Shown here one piece after another: positions 1 through 10,642 of a stretch of 64,000 bases of DNA. Below the pieces are notes generated by a model. It saw only the letters and a program-made list of their open reading frames with translations. It did not search any database and was not told the origin of the DNA. Position 1 is the stretch's first letter. Each line of letters opens with the position of its first letter. A program made the position numbers and the translations under genes. Source of the DNA: Candidatus Thorarchaeota archaeon (GTDB lineage: Archaea; Asgardarchaeota; Thorarchaeia; Thorarchaeales; Thorarchaeaceae); assembly GCA_016933575.1 (NCBI GenBank), contig JAFGAR010000005.1, positions 36,127-100,126 on the forward strand. Direction: 5' to 3'.

Positions 1-897
1 CAGATTGACATTGTTCTTCAAAATGAGATCAAGTATCTTGTTGATGATGTTAGTATTTCTTTAGAAGAGATTAGAAAGCTTGATCGGGTGACCCACTTGG
101 TCATCCAGGCGATTGGAAAATCTCATGAGAAACTTCCGCTGCATGAGGAAAAGTATCCAGTAGAGATTCGATTCAGTTATGGTACATGTGATACTTGTGG
201 AATGTTAAGTGGAGGGTATTATGAGGTCACTCTTCAAATCCGTGCAGATGGTCGAGAATTAAATGACACAGAAAGAAGAGATATTGAAAAATTAGTGACC
301 AATATGACTGTTGCAAAATACACTTCTGATGACAAGGCCTTTGTAACCAGTATGACCGAGGACAAATATGGTCTTGACATTCTAATTGGGTCTGAAAACC
401 TTGGCAAGACTATAGCTGACGAACTTGAAGCTCGATACCTTGCTGAGCGCAAGGAAAATTACAAGCTAATTGGGGAAGATAAGACTGGGAAGAGGAAATA
501 TCGCATAACGATACTGATTAGACTTCCTCGATTCTCTGTGGGCGATTTCGTTCTAGTGGATGAACGACCTTGCCAGATACTTGCAATGACCAGGAATAAT
601 CTCACATGCTTCGACTTGAAGAGCAGAGCACGCTTCACCATGAATCCCCAGAGTGCACGTTGGCGGACATTGCAGTTTTTAACCCCTCAGTCTGAAAGTC
701 GTGAGTTTATGATCGTCACTCATGTCTACGGGCAACCCGTCCAGATTATGGACTCGACAAACTTTGTAATCACTTATGTGGATGAAGATCTGTTCGAGGG
801 TGAAATAAACACTGGAAGTAAAATTTTTGGAGTCGTCTTTGAAGATAGACTGTACTTACTACCTACTCAAAATCAGAACAACGAGAACGAGGTGTGA
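1..897 (+). CDS. nmd3: NMD3-family ribosome biogenesis protein (5'-truncated by window edge)
   Basis: Frame open from base 1; CDTC...GGYYEVTLQIR motif, KLIGED...RKYRITILIRLP; canonical position upstream of aIF-1A/rio1. Confidence 0.85.
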   Translation, partial: QIDIVLQNEIKYLVDDVSISLEEIRKLDRVTHLVIQAIGKSHEKLPLHEEKYPVEIRFSYGTCDTCGMLSGGYYEVTLQIRADGRELNDTERRDIEKLVTNMTVAKYTSDDKAFVTSMTEDKYGLDILIGSENLGKTIADELEARYLAERKENYKLIGEDKTGKRKYRITILIRLPRFSVGDFVLVDERPCQILAMTRNNLTCFDLKSRARFTMNPQSARWRTLQFLTPQSESREFMIVTHVYGQPVQIMDSTNFVITYVDEDLFEGEINTGSKIFGVVFEDRLYLLPTQNQNNENEV

Positions 898-1001
898 GAA
901 AGGCTATTGACTCAATCAATTCGGTACTCTTAAATGTCTCACTTCCGAATCAAGATTAATCGCTACAGGACTTTGGTCCAGCGGTTTACCGGAGGAATAT
1001 T

Positions 1002-1331
1002 TTGTCCTATAAGAAACGTGGTGGTCAACCACCTACAAGTCCAACCGAACCCATGAGAGTCAGGACTCCAAATAAGAACGATGGAGAGATGTTTGGAATA
1101 ATAATTCAGATGCTAGGTTATGATAGAGTCCGAGTTAGATGCGAAGATGGTAACATAAGAGTTGGTCGTATTCCTGGTCGTATGAAAAAGAGGGTTTGGA
1201 TGAGAGTTGGTGACACGGTTCTTCTTGTCCCTTGGGATTTTCAAACCGAAGAGAAGTGTGATGTCATATACCGATATCGTGGAAATGAGCTAGATTGGCT
1301 TGAAAAACGCGGAATTCTCAAGATGTTTTGA
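1002..1331 (+). CDS. eif1a: translation initiation factor aIF-1A
   Basis: MLGYDRVRVRCEDG..RIPGRMKKRVWMRVGDTVLLVPWDFQ signature; TTG start after GGAGG. Confidence 0.97.
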   Translation: MSYKKRGGQPPTSPTEPMRVRTPNKNDGEMFGIIIQMLGYDRVRVRCEDGNIRVGRIPGRMKKRVWMRVGDTVLLVPWDFQTEEKCDVIYRYRGNELDWLEKRGILKMF

Positions 1332-1392
1332 TGAAGCTAAGCCTTTTCTGAAATCTGCATATTACTAATGTAGATGAATATACCTACATACA

Positions 1393-2199
1393 TTGGGATG
1401 GCATTATCAATTGAAGCGAGCAGAGAAAGAATACGAACGGTATCAGTCTGAGTTGGATAACCGCAGAATGAAACGTCGTAAGGATGTGGATGAATTCAAA
1501 GTAGTAGAAGGTGTCATCGATCCTCCCACCTTGAAAATTCTCTATAAACTTCTGAATCGCGGTATTATCAAGGCTCTACATGGAGCAATCAGTACAGGAA
1601 AAGAAGCAAACGTGTATAGGGGAATTGATAGTGATGATCATCCTGTTGCTGTGAAAATCTATCGGGTCAGCACAGCAGAGACTGATTTCATGTTAGAATA
1701 CATCATCGGAGATCCTAGGTTCAAGAAAGTAAAACGCCAGAGTCGAGCTTTGATTCCCCAATGGGCTATGAAAGAGTTCGTTAATCTCAAACGCTATCAT
1801 GGCGCAGGTATTCGCGTTCCAAGACCTATTGATATTGAACGAAATGTGTTGATCATGGAATTCATAGGCGATGTTGAACAGACTCTTCCGGCTCCTCTCC
1901 TGAAGAATGTTGAAATTCCATCCCCTGTAGACACATTCAATGAGATAATTGACATGATTGAAAGAGGATATACAAAGGCAGAGCTAGTGCATGCAGATCT
2001 CAGTGAATATAACATTCTTTGGGACAATGGTCCTGTCTTCATTGATGTTTCTCAGTCTGTTCTCCTCACCCACGGTAATGCCAAAAAGTACCTCCTCCGT
2101 GATATTCAAAACATAACTCATTTCTTCACGAAACTTGGTGTAGCAACTGAAGACCCTGAGAATATTGCCCGACAGATTATTGCAGAAGGTGTGAGCTAA
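1393..2199 (+). CDS. rio1: RIO1 serine/threonine kinase
   Basis: ISTGKEANVY, AVKIYR, LVHADLSEYNIL, IDVSQSV motifs. Confidence 0.96.
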   Translation: MGWHYQLKRAEKEYERYQSELDNRRMKRRKDVDEFKVVEGVIDPPTLKILYKLLNRGIIKALHGAISTGKEANVYRGIDSDDHPVAVKIYRVSTAETDFMLEYIIGDPRFKKVKRQSRALIPQWAMKEFVNLKRYHGAGIRVPRPIDIERNVLIMEFIGDVEQTLPAPLLKNVEIPSPVDTFNEIIDMIERGYTKAELVHADLSEYNILWDNGPVFIDVSQSVLLTHGNAKKYLLRDIQNITHFFTKLGVATEDPENIARQIIAEGVS

Positions 2200-2200
2200 A

Positions 2201-2767
2201 TTGGCATTCAAAGATATCATTAGAGTTCCCCAAGACAGAATTGGTGTAATCGTCGGACGTAATGGTAAGGTACGAAAAAGAATAGAAGAATTGACTAATG
2301 TCAAACTCGACATAGACTCAGAAGGCATAGTGACAATCAGTAGTCCATCTGGCACAGAAGATCCTATTCTAGCATGGAAAGCAAGAGATATTGTTCGAGC
2401 AATCGCAAGGGGCTTTAGTCCAAAGAATGCCATGACTCTCATAGATGAAGACGCAATGCTGCTTGTAATTTCACTTCGTGATGTTGTTGGCACATCTCCT
2501 AATCAGATAAAACGGGTTGCAGGGAGAATAATTGGTGAGAATGGTAGGACCCGACGAGTGATTGAACAGGTCACAGAGACCAAACTTGCAGTCTATGGCA
2601 GAACTATTTCTATTATTGGAATGAATCCTGGACTTGATTACGCTCGCAGAGCTATTGACATGTTAATTGCTGGAGCACCACATAGTGCTGTATATGCCAG
2701 GCTCGAGAATATGCGTCGTGACATGAACCGTCAACGAGCAGAACTGTGGGAGGAAACAGACCTCTAG
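2201..2767 (+). CDS. KH-domain pre-rRNA processing protein (Dim2/Pno1/Krr1 family)
   Basis: Two KH GxxG motifs (IGVIVGRNG, GRIIGENGRTR), AIARGF; conserved rio1-KH-top6B order. Confidence 0.93.
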   Translation: MAFKDIIRVPQDRIGVIVGRNGKVRKRIEELTNVKLDIDSEGIVTISSPSGTEDPILAWKARDIVRAIARGFSPKNAMTLIDEDAMLLVISLRDVVGTSPNQIKRVAGRIIGENGRTRRVIEQVTETKLAVYGRTISIIGMNPGLDYARRAIDMLIAGAPHSAVYARLENMRRDMNRQRAELWEETDL

Positions 2768-2815
2768 CTATCTGTGTAATACCCCGTCTAATATCGCAAG
2801 TTCTCGAATACACTC

Positions 2816-4342
2816 TTGAGCAACATGAACCAAAAGACACCTCTTGAAACAACGTTTGGCAGTATCTCTCCAGCTGAGTTTTTCTACAGAAACCGGCAGA
2901 TGGCAGGTTTTGGCAACTCTAGTCAGGCCGTCTATTCAACAATAAGAGAACTCGTGGAGAATAGTCTAGATTCGTGTGAAGATGCAGAAAGATATCCTGA
3001 CGTCCATATCAGAATCTCATGTGAAGAGTCTGACATTCTCTCAGTTCGTGTTGCTGATAATGGAACTGGTGTCCCTGCTGAATATGTACCAGAAGCTTTT
3101 GGAAAAATTCTCTTTGGCAGTAAATATCATGAACGACAAAGACGAGGCACGTTTGGACTTGGTGTGACGATGGCAGTCCTTTACGGACAAATTACTGCCA
3201 ATTCTCCAGTTCTTATCCACACGAGAAGTAGAAATACAAGTGGTACGGAATATACACTCTTCATTGATGTCGAATCAAACGAACCTCTGATAGAAGCAAC
3301 CAACCTCCAAGAAAGAGAATATGAAGGAACAACGATCACACTTAGAATTCAAGGTGATTTGAAACGTGTTCAAGAGCGTATTGTTGAATATCTGCGTCTT
3401 ACTGCAGTATCTACACCCCATTCAAAAATCTCACTAGATATAGATGGTTCAGAAACTATCGAATTCGGAAGATGGTCTAATGAGATTCCACCCCTTGTAC
3501 TGAGTTCAAAGCCACACCCTCGAGCCGCAGATTTGGAGTTGTTACGCCGTTTCATGCAAAGAGTAGGCAACAAACGGCTGCAAGATTTCTTAATTGATTC
3601 ATTTCAGAAGGTTGGTGTGAAGACATCTACGCGCTTTTTGAGGTTCATCTCGTTCGATCCGAACCAAGAAACTAACACATTGACGAGGGATGATTTGAGT
3701 CGAATCAGTGAAGCACTACGTAAGTATGATGACTTTGAGAGTCCAGACCCAAGAAGTCTAAGTCCTATCGGAAAGAGTCCTATCATTGATGGATTGAATT
3801 CGACATTCAACGTTTCAAATATTCACTATTCCATTCGTCCCCCCTCTGAGTGGCAAGGAAATCCATTCATTGTAGAAGGCGCAATTGTTCTCAGTGATGA
3901 CTTCGCACGTTCTGAGATTCCAACTCTCTATCGTTTTGCTAATCGTGTCCCCCTTCTATACGACTCCAGTGAAGATGTCATGACAAAGGCACTGAAACGA
4001 ATTAACTGGAAACGATATACCATAGGTGCATCTTCTCCTGCTGCTCTCTTTGTTCATTTGTGTTCCACTCGAATTCCTTACAAAGCCGCAGGAAAACAAT
4101 CTATTGGTACAATCTCAGAAATCGAAAATGAGCTTCTATATCTGTTCAAAGAACTGGGTCGTAGATTCAATAAAGGGCTACGGAAAGAACAGAGATCCGT
4201 CCGTGAATCTAAGAAAATGCGTGAATTTGCTAGGACTTTCAGGAATCTCGTGAAATTTAGTGCAGATCTCGCTGATTTTGAAGGAATCCCGAAGACTAGT
4301 CATCTAATACAACAACTATTCGAGGTCGCCTCTGATGAATGA
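2816..4342 (+). CDS. top6B: DNA topoisomerase VI subunit B
   Basis: ISPAEFFYRN, RELVENSLD, DNGTG, RGTFGLG GHKL motifs; RFANRVPLLY transducer. Confidence 0.95.
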   Translation: MSNMNQKTPLETTFGSISPAEFFYRNRQMAGFGNSSQAVYSTIRELVENSLDSCEDAERYPDVHIRISCEESDILSVRVADNGTGVPAEYVPEAFGKILFGSKYHERQRRGTFGLGVTMAVLYGQITANSPVLIHTRSRNTSGTEYTLFIDVESNEPLIEATNLQEREYEGTTITLRIQGDLKRVQERIVEYLRLTAVSTPHSKISLDIDGSETIEFGRWSNEIPPLVLSSKPHPRAADLELLRRFMQRVGNKRLQDFLIDSFQKVGVKTSTRFLRFISFDPNQETNTLTRDDLSRISEALRKYDDFESPDPRSLSPIGKSPIIDGLNSTFNVSNIHYSIRPPSEWQGNPFIVEGAIVLSDDFARSEIPTLYRFANRVPLLYDSSEDVMTKALKRINWKRYTIGASSPAALFVHLCSTRIPYKAAGKQSIGTISEIENELLYLFKELGRRFNKGLRKEQRSVRESKKMREFARTFRNLVKFSADLADFEGIPKTSHLIQQLFEVASDE

Positions 4343-5387
4343 TATTGCTCAAGCAAATCGTAAACTCTGTGAATTAGGTCACAGAATTCTCGAACCCATT
4401 CTTGATGATAAATTCCCTATCATTGAGATTCCAGATAGGAACACAAGTAATATCGAATATGAAACCAGTCGTAATCGATTCGTGTTAGGTTCATCAGTTA
4501 CTATCAGGGACTCCAGTAATATCAAACATATCAGAAGTTTTGCACAACTTGCATGGGTAGCCTCTTTTGCAAAACGGCTTTTAGCAGCCTCACGAACAAG
4601 TTCTCTTCGTGATGTATACTATTCCAGCGAAGCCTTTGGTGTAAATTTCAAGGACCAAGCGGAATCTGATCGAATAGTGTTGGATTTGGAGTGTATAACT
4701 GGGCTTTCCCGAGAATCCTTTGGTATATTTCCAGACGAACATTCTTCTGTCTATGGAGATGTTCAGATGAGGTATACAGTCCCAGGGTATAGTGGCCGTG
4801 AGATTGACTTAACTATCAGTCCAGATGGACTTCCTATTGGTCCTGCACTAATGACTGCTGAACCAATCCGGACAAATGCAGAGATAATCCTAGCTGTGGA
4901 GTCTGGAGGTATGTTCTCTCGTCTTATTGAAACCAGGGCTTGGGAGCGATTCAAAGCTATATTGATTCAACTTGGTGGTCAACCACCTCGTGCAACTAGG
5001 AGTCTAATACGGACTCTGCATGATGAATTAGATCTTGCTGTGTATATATTCACTGATGGTGATCCCTGGGGAATGCACATAGCCCGTGTTATCATGTCTG
5101 GCAGCGCAAATTCTGCTCATATTGAAGGCTTAACTACGCCAACAGCAAAATGGATTGGAGTCACTTCTCAAGACATCGAACACTATTCTCTCCCCTCCGA
5201 AAAGATGAGTGATTCTGACCTCAAACGGCTCGATGAGCTCTCAAGAGACCCTCGATATTCTAGTAAGGAGTGGCAAATGCATATTGATGGTTTCAGAAAA
5301 CTCAGAGAAAAGGCTGAACAACAGGCATTTAGTAGATATGGAATGGATTTTGTAGTAGATACATACCTACCTGAGAAATTGGTCTAG
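4335..5387 (+). CDS. top6A: DNA topoisomerase VI subunit A
   Basis: SLRDVYY catalytic Tyr motif, TOPRIM FTDGDPWG, KAEQQA. Confidence 0.95.
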   Translation: MNDIAQANRKLCELGHRILEPILDDKFPIIEIPDRNTSNIEYETSRNRFVLGSSVTIRDSSNIKHIRSFAQLAWVASFAKRLLAASRTSSLRDVYYSSEAFGVNFKDQAESDRIVLDLECITGLSRESFGIFPDEHSSVYGDVQMRYTVPGYSGREIDLTISPDGLPIGPALMTAEPIRTNAEIILAVESGGMFSRLIETRAWERFKAILIQLGGQPPRATRSLIRTLHDELDLAVYIFTDGDPWGMHIARVIMSGSANSAHIEGLTTPTAKWIGVTSQDIEHYSLPSEKMSDSDLKRLDELSRDPRYSSKEWQMHIDGFRKLREKAEQQAFSRYGMDFVVDTYLPEKLV

Positions 5388-6439
5388 ATCCAGCCAACTC
5401 CATGTGGGTATCCAATCAGTAGTAGGAGCACTGCACCATAGACTAAGATTGCTTGTAACAATAGCAAGATTTGGACATTTCTCTTTTCTGTCATATCTTT
5501 GAAGAAATGTGGCAATATCCAATAGACTGTAAATGGACCAACCACTTCCAATGAGCCATCTTCTCTTGGTTTAGCAAACTTAACCCATTGCATTTGTTTT
5601 CGCTTTGCGTAAAATCTATAGACGATATAGAGGAGGAAATTGAGTCCAAATGGGATATACATGATTATAGCAAGCCTATCCATATTTCCAATGATAAGGG
5701 CTGCTGCCATTGTTGCGCCCATAGGTAAAGTCCCTACGTCTCCAGTCAATATCTTTGCTGGATATCTATTAAAAATCAAGAAACCAATTGAAGCCCCTAA
5801 CAGGGCTGCGGCTACGACTCCTGCCTCCATCTGTTCAGTAGTTATTGTATGACTATCAAAATAGGGTATAAGGAGAACGAATGTAACAAGTCCTGAGGCA
5901 TTAATGGCACTCAGTCCAGCCTCAAGTCCATTCATCCCCGCATACATATTGGTTGAATCAATGATGAATGTCATCATGAGGGGAACAATTAGAAGTGCAT
6001 AGAATAGTCCGAAATTGATAGTCCCAATGAATGGAATTGATATTGTTGGTGTTCCTACACTCATGGCTGCCATTGGTATGGATGCAACCAATGGAAGCAC
6101 GATTTTCGTTCTATTCTTGAAATCCAAGTTATCATCCAAGAGTCCAATCATCCCCGCCATTAGGATTGAAACCAAAGCGGCGAATAATCCTACCATCTCG
6201 ATCTCAAGACTCTGGAAGGTTGTCAACCCAATAATAACAAGCAACGCAAAGACAATTGCAAAGAGGATGACATATCCTCCTCCTTTTGGTATCTCAGGTC
6301 GATCTAGCTTATGAACATCAGTCCCAGTGACACCCTTTTCCTTGAGGATTTTTATCGCATTAGGTGTAAATAGCACAACGACAATAAACGACACAATAAT
6401 GGCGATTAGTATTTCCAGCAAACCTTCACACCTATTCAC
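5384..6439 (-). CDS. UDP-GlcNAc:dolichyl-phosphate GlcNAc-1-phosphotransferase (GPT/ALG7/AglH-like, MraY/GT4 family)
   Basis: ~10 TM helices; G.DVHK..P.IP..GG, GLLDD, NMYAGMNGLEAG, FNRYPAKILTGDVGT; exact start uncertain. Confidence 0.88.
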   Translation of the reverse strand: MNRCEGLLEILIAIIVSFIVVVLFTPNAIKILKEKGVTGTDVHKLDRPEIPKGGGYVILFAIVFALLVIIGLTTFQSLEIEMVGLFAALVSILMAGMIGLLDDNLDFKNRTKIVLPLVASIPMAAMSVGTPTISIPFIGTINFGLFYALLIVPLMMTFIIDSTNMYAGMNGLEAGLSAINASGLVTFVLLIPYFDSHTITTEQMEAGVVAAALLGASIGFLIFNRYPAKILTGDVGTLPMGATMAAALIIGNMDRLAIIMYIPFGLNFLLYIVYRFYAKRKQMQWVKFAKPREDGSLEVVGPFTVYWILPHFFKDMTEKRNVQILLLLQAILVYGAVLLLLIGYPHGVGWI

Positions 6440-6609
6440 TCAAAACCAATCAGTACAGTTTTGACCTTTTCGGACAGGGAGCAAGTTCGTGCATGCTTTC
6501 AACGTCCGAAATCTATTTTAACGAACCCGAAGCTCGAGCGCATCATCCATGCTCTAGTGGACCCACCACAAACATGGAGATTTACCCCAATCAAACACGG
6601 TGATTTGCT

Positions 6610-9597
6610 TTGAGCCAAATGAACAAACGGATAGGGACAATCATACTGCTAGCTCTCGTAGTGACAAGCAGTATTCTTGCACTGAGCCCCATCTCAGATA
6701 CAACAGAAAATAACTACATGGTTCAGAAAATTGATAATGGATTTGCCTTGGCTGAGTCATCGATGAACATATCGATTCCATATGTAGACAATCACTATGG
6801 CTCCGCAGATGGATTAATAGATCCCACAGAGTATGCTTATCATTTTACAGATCCAGTGACTGGGGTTAAATCATATTTTGAGCACAACGGTACAATGTTA
6901 TTCGTAGGTCTTGAAGCCCTGACTCACGGTTGGATTGGGTTTGCTTGGCAGAACTATACCTCTAATTTCACAACCGCTGGTCTGAATAACAGTGATGTTA
7001 TTGTTGGATACGCTCCTGGTACAACTACTACAAATGTATGGCGCGTTATAGGCACAGATGCTGTGACTGTACATTATGTTCTAAGTCTTAGAAATGGTAC
7101 AACAATCCAAGACGGATTTGTCCCCGATGAGACCTCTGTTGATCCAATTGAGGAAGCTGGAGTCTTGCAAGCCTATAAGGATGCAATCATCGGCATGAGA
7201 ATTGGAGAAGTTCGACACTTCGTCATTCCTGCTGCTGACGCATATGATACATCTGGTCATGAGCTCTATGGACAAGACCTAATCTATGATATCACTCTGA
7301 CACGCATCTACAGGTCTGGAATCACGAGGACACTTGACCCTACAGATCAGAGCCTTATTATCTACAGTGATGAACATGGTACAAACACCTTCCAACATCT
7401 TCCTGATGCTGATCAATCCCAGATTATTCAAGCCGACGGTTCTGATAATGGAACAATAACGCAGCTTGAATATATCATTAAACTGAACAGTACAGACCCA
7501 TATGACATCCCTCTGTTCAACAATACAGATTTGACATATCCCTTCATCTTTATGTATGGCCTTACTGAAGAACTCAATGGACTTCCTGTTCAACATACAT
7601 ATTGGACAAATCCCGCCAAAGTTCAGATTGTACCCAACACCCCTCCTACAATGGTAGTTATTTCTCCTGAGGCTGATTCAACAATCCAATGGGTTTCTAC
7701 ATTGAAGCTTAATGCTACAAATGACTATGTGAGACGAGCTTTCTATCAAGTAGATAATGAAACCTGGGAAACTTTGACATACAATTTCCTTACAGATCTC
7801 TGGGAGAAGAGCGTTGATTTCTCCTTATACGATGAGGGTTTGCATGTACTAAGTTTCAATGCATCCGATACATCAAACGCAACGGGTCTTGTATCGTTTA
7901 ATTTCACCATTGACCGACCATACACGCCATTGCTGGGTATGAAATTGAGAGTAACTCGAAATCTCATAACGATGCCAAACTTCGGTAGTAGAGCTGAAGA
8001 TAGCTATGTTGTTACTAATAACGGGTCAGCTCCAATCAATTCAATAGACATATACCTTCCTGACGAGTATGAGTCCAATATTCTTGATTTTGTAGTAACA
8101 GATAGTAGCGGTGGTACTGAATTCCCTGCCATTAGGCTATCAAATGCAAATGGACTGGTACGCTGGAGAGTACACTTTCCAGACCCTGTTGGATTCCAAG
8201 AATCTCTCTCATTTAAGACAATAACATACCTACACAGTTTGTTCTATCTGACGGATGAAGATACATTTGAATACCGAATCTCTTTCATTAGATATCCGAT
8301 TCTGCCATATGTACTTACCAGCGCAGAGTTCACTCTCAGTTTCGAATCAGGAGGTTCTCTAGTTCCAAACGAACCATCTCCTAACTTGAAAGAAACAAAC
8401 GTCGCACCTTATACAACATCACCATTCTCTGTATTGCTTCGATTATTCACAGAGAACATCATTGCCAGACGTACTACTACAATCGTTGTAGATGCGTGGG
8501 GCTGGTTATCCTATGAAGAAGTAATCTCATTAGAAAATACAGGCGGTGGTGAAGTAGTTACACTTCCAATGACACTACCTGCATACTCCGCATCAATTCG
8601 GATTTACGACGAAGTAGGTGATTTGGCTTCATCCCAGACACAGCCGGGAGTAACAACTGCTGACTATAACGAAACACGACAGCTGGAAATAAAATTGGCA
8701 ACGGATCGATTTGGACCGAATGGATTCCAGCCCTCGTTCAAATATACATTCAAGATCTCTTATGTCGTTCAAGCAAGCGCTTACCAGAGTGCAGCAACTG
8801 GTGGAAGTCTGCTCGAGTTTCCAATGGCTCTTCTAGGCGATGTCCTGATTCTTGTGCATGATATCAAAATTGTCATGACTACATCAGTTCAAGCATTTGA
8901 CATCGCAGAAGGTCACCATATAATGTACGGAGTCTTTGATACCTCCTACCTCTATGAATATACCAACGAAACACAACGAAATCCTGCAGAACTCTATGTC
9001 GTATACCAAACCACCCTCGGAGCTGCTGCAAGACCTGCTCTGTTCTCGCTGATAATTGGAATTATCGCAGCATTGTATGTTTCATATAGAAAAGTGGAGC
9101 TACCTGAGGAGGTTGTTGGTCCTCATATCGATGACACTGATATTTATCAAAAACCAAAACAGGTTGGAGCCCCTGCAGATCTTCTATCTGAGTTTGCTAA
9201 TCTTTATTCTCGAAAGACCACTCTTAACATAGATTTGGAGAAACTTGATGCCTCCAGACGAAGAGGGAAGATAAAGAAGCGCGAATATATGATGCGTGAG
9301 AGTGACCTGAAAGCACAGATCGAAGAGATTGATAAGAAACTGCCCTCAGTCAAGGAAGAACTAACGCGCTACGGAGCAAGATACCGGGATCTCATTGCAC
9401 AGTTAGAGCTTCAGGATGAGCGGATAGAAGGTGCAAAAGCTGGTCTTCGTCAACTCCTCATGCGAAAGAAGAAGCAGAGGATTAGTCGAGTTGCTTTTGA
9501 AAAGTCCCGTCAAGATTACTTGAAGACAATCCAGAAAGCAACAAGTGCTACAGACAGAATTCTGCTCTCAATTCAGGAAGAAGCCGGAGAAGCCTAG
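6610..9597 (+). CDS. Secreted, membrane-anchored ribophorin I (RPN1/OST1)-like protein with N-terminal DOMON-like domain containing an inserted FKBP-type PPIase domain, and an Ig-like domain
   Basis: Signal peptide; DOMON motifs GWIGFAW..SDVIVGY / LEYIIKLNSTDPYD; FKBP motifs VTVHY..AIIGMRIGEVRHFVIPAADAY..GQDLIYDITL; ribophorin-like RTTTIVVDAWGWLSYEEVISLENTG..IYDEVG; single TM near aa 810-826; helical C-terminal tail. Confidence 0.7.
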   Translation: MSQMNKRIGTIILLALVVTSSILALSPISDTTENNYMVQKIDNGFALAESSMNISIPYVDNHYGSADGLIDPTEYAYHFTDPVTGVKSYFEHNGTMLFVGLEALTHGWIGFAWQNYTSNFTTAGLNNSDVIVGYAPGTTTTNVWRVIGTDAVTVHYVLSLRNGTTIQDGFVPDETSVDPIEEAGVLQAYKDAIIGMRIGEVRHFVIPAADAYDTSGHELYGQDLIYDITLTRIYRSGITRTLDPTDQSLIIYSDEHGTNTFQHLPDADQSQIIQADGSDNGTITQLEYIIKLNSTDPYDIPLFNNTDLTYPFIFMYGLTEELNGLPVQHTYWTNPAKVQIVPNTPPTMVVISPEADSTIQWVSTLKLNATNDYVRRAFYQVDNETWETLTYNFLTDLWEKSVDFSLYDEGLHVLSFNASDTSNATGLVSFNFTIDRPYTPLLGMKLRVTRNLITMPNFGSRAEDSYVVTNNGSAPINSIDIYLPDEYESNILDFVVTDSSGGTEFPAIRLSNANGLVRWRVHFPDPVGFQESLSFKTITYLHSLFYLTDEDTFEYRISFIRYPILPYVLTSAEFTLSFESGGSLVPNEPSPNLKETNVAPYTTSPFSVLLRLFTENIIARRTTTIVVDAWGWLSYEEVISLENTGGGEVVTLPMTLPAYSASIRIYDEVGDLASSQTQPGVTTADYNETRQLEIKLATDRFGPNGFQPSFKYTFKISYVVQASAYQSAATGGSLLEFPMALLGDVLILVHDIKIVMTTSVQAFDIAEGHHIMYGVFDTSYLYEYTNETQRNPAELYVVYQTTLGAAARPALFSLIIGIIAALYVSYRKVELPEEVVGPHIDDTDIYQKPKQVGAPADLLSEFANLYSRKTTLNIDLEKLDASRRRGKIKKREYMMRESDLKAQIEEIDKKLPSVKEELTRYGARYRDLIAQLELQDERIEGAKAGLRQLLMRKKKQRISRVAFEKSRQDYLKTIQKATSATDRILLSIQEEAGEA

Positions 9598-9693
9598 ATA
9601 GTCTACCTATCTAGACTCTCCCAGTTTGTTTTTGCGAGGCAAGCTAGAAAATTCACTATTCGCAAGTCTTATCAAAACAGACGGATTTCTTCT

Positions 9694-10566
9694 ATGTCCC
9701 TAAGAGTGATAGTTATGAGTACTCCGACCATCGACCGTGAATCAATCAGAGCACGAGATCTAATACCTGATGAATCTAAAGCCCTTGAGATGTATCAATA
9801 TCTGACCGGCTCACCCAGGGTGCAATCATATCTGCGAACTGCAAATAGAATGGCTGTATCCAGATTAGGTTATACTGACCATGGCCCGGTCCATGCAGAG
9901 GTAGCTAGTTGGAACGCACTCAAGGCATTTGCTATTATTGAAGATACTTTCAAACCGAATATTGTAGCTGAAGGTATTGGGGACCTTGATGACGCACGTC
10001 TGGTTGTTCTCGCATCTACCTATCTCCATGATATTGGTATGGTTGTGCATCGCAACGAGCATAATCAAGCAGCAATACAGCTAGCCAGTCCAATTCTTGA
10101 ATCAAAACTGCTGGATATGTATGGCGACCCTGCAAAGGCCACTGATATCCTCTCATTCATCTTTCATGGCATCTACGCTCATGATGATGACACGCAATGT
10201 CTTACACTTGAAGCAGGAATCACTAAGATTGGTGATGGTTGCGATCTAACCAAGGGTAGGACGATTGTGCCATTTCAGCAGGGAAAGGTGGATATCCATT
10301 CAGTTTCAGCAATGGCTATCAATAGTGTAATCCTTGAGAAAGGGACTGAAAAGCCACTTCAGATTACCGTTGCAATGGATAATCCTGCAGGAGTATTCCA
10401 GGTTCAGGCAGTACTTGAGAAGAAATTATCCACTTCAGGTCTCAAGGACCACGTTGATATTGATGTTGAAGTCAATGGTGAGCGACTTGTACTCTCTCAT
10501 GTAAAGCGTCTCTTCAGAGTACAGATGACAGAATCTGACAATGGTCTCAGTGTCAAAGAAAAATAG
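9694..10566 (+). CDS. HD-domain metal-dependent phosphohydrolase (archaeal COG3294-like)
   Basis: RLGYTDHGPVH, YLHDIG, DGCDLTKGR, DIHSVSA. Confidence 0.88.
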   Translation: MSLRVIVMSTPTIDRESIRARDLIPDESKALEMYQYLTGSPRVQSYLRTANRMAVSRLGYTDHGPVHAEVASWNALKAFAIIEDTFKPNIVAEGIGDLDDARLVVLASTYLHDIGMVVHRNEHNQAAIQLASPILESKLLDMYGDPAKATDILSFIFHGIYAHDDDTQCLTLEAGITKIGDGCDLTKGRTIVPFQQGKVDIHSVSAMAINSVILEKGTEKPLQITVAMDNPAGVFQVQAVLEKKLSTSGLKDHVDIDVEVNGERLVLSHVKRLFRVQMTESDNGLSVKEK

Positions 10567-10642
10567 TCCTATCTTGCCCCTTTCTAAGAATAACCCCTAG
10601 TCAGAGTGCATATATGGATGTAGAACATATAATATTGCAGGT

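Noticed and set aside
1-5387. nmd3-aIF1A-rio1-KH-topo VI cluster as a novel system
   Set aside because: Well-known conserved archaeal gene neighbourhood
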